Origin: a virus
Taxonomy: Duplodnaviria; Caudoviricetes
Virus record (IMG/VR): IMGVR_UViG_3300020576_005251
Coordinates: 1-64,000 of that record
Length of the DNA stretch: 64,000 nucleotides
Direction: 5' to 3' (one strand)
Positions 63,890 through 64,000 of this stretch are shown piece after piece (positions within the stretch are counted from its first letter, which is position 1; the number at the start of each line of letters is the position of its first letter). The notes beneath the pieces are model-generated. The model was not told the DNA's origin. It searched no databases and worked only from the letters and a program-made list of their open reading frames with translations. The position numbers and the translations under genes were made by a program.

Positions 63890-64000
63890 ATGGCCAAGAC
63901 GTTCGCGCAGCACCTGATCAACTCGACCCTCCCCGAGGGTTACAAGATGGACGGCCCGGTGACCAACCGTGGCCTCCACGATCACGTGGTCGACCTCGCG
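63890..64000 (+). CDS. Probable C-terminal part of split RNAP beta' (truncated by window end)
   Basis: MAKTFAQHLINSTLPEG...RGLHDHVVDLA resembles the beta' TTxGRxxxNxxLP segment that follows where 54611..61897 ends; only 37 codons are visible. Confidence 0.5.
   Translation, partial: MAKTFAQHLINSTLPEGYKMDGPVTNRGLHDHVVDLA

Noticed and set aside
1-64000. Frequent GATC/CGATCG strings as a HIP1-like signal
   Set aside because: Plausibly explained by ATC, GAT and TCG codon usage; I could not quantify an excess by eye.

Overview
The window is a GC-rich (roughly 65% by eye), densely coding segment of a large tailed dsDNA (jumbo-type) bacteriophage genome; I found no rRNA, tRNA or CRISPR array. Plus-strand genes are mostly virion and transcription genes: tail chaperones, a tape-measure-like protein, baseplate hub/gp25/J-like proteins, tail fibre, terminase large subunit, portal, two sigma70-family factors, and a 2428-aa multisubunit RNA polymerase beta/beta'-N fusion. 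Minus-strand genes are mostly DNA metabolism: DinG and SNF2 helicases, NrdJ, RuvC, DnaQ-like exonuclease, UDG-like/PolA fusion, primase-helicase, a PD-(D/E)XK nuclease and a ParB-like protein. Four features stand out. (1) An 11-bp palindrome, RTACGSCGTAY, is scattered about every 2 kb through coding DNA in all reading frames (at least 35 copies of the 9-bp core). (2) The RNAP polypeptide carries an inserted P-loop kinase and an inorganic pyrophosphatase bounded by K-x-A motifs. (3) It also carries a mini-intein and a non-canonical LAGLIDADG intein sitting directly after the catalytic DxDGD motif, with its own internal promoter and RBS. (4) TANNNT boxes lie exactly 6 nt before the start codons of several plus-strand genes, suggesting leaderless mRNAs. 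All functional calls come from motifs recognised by eye; no database search was run.
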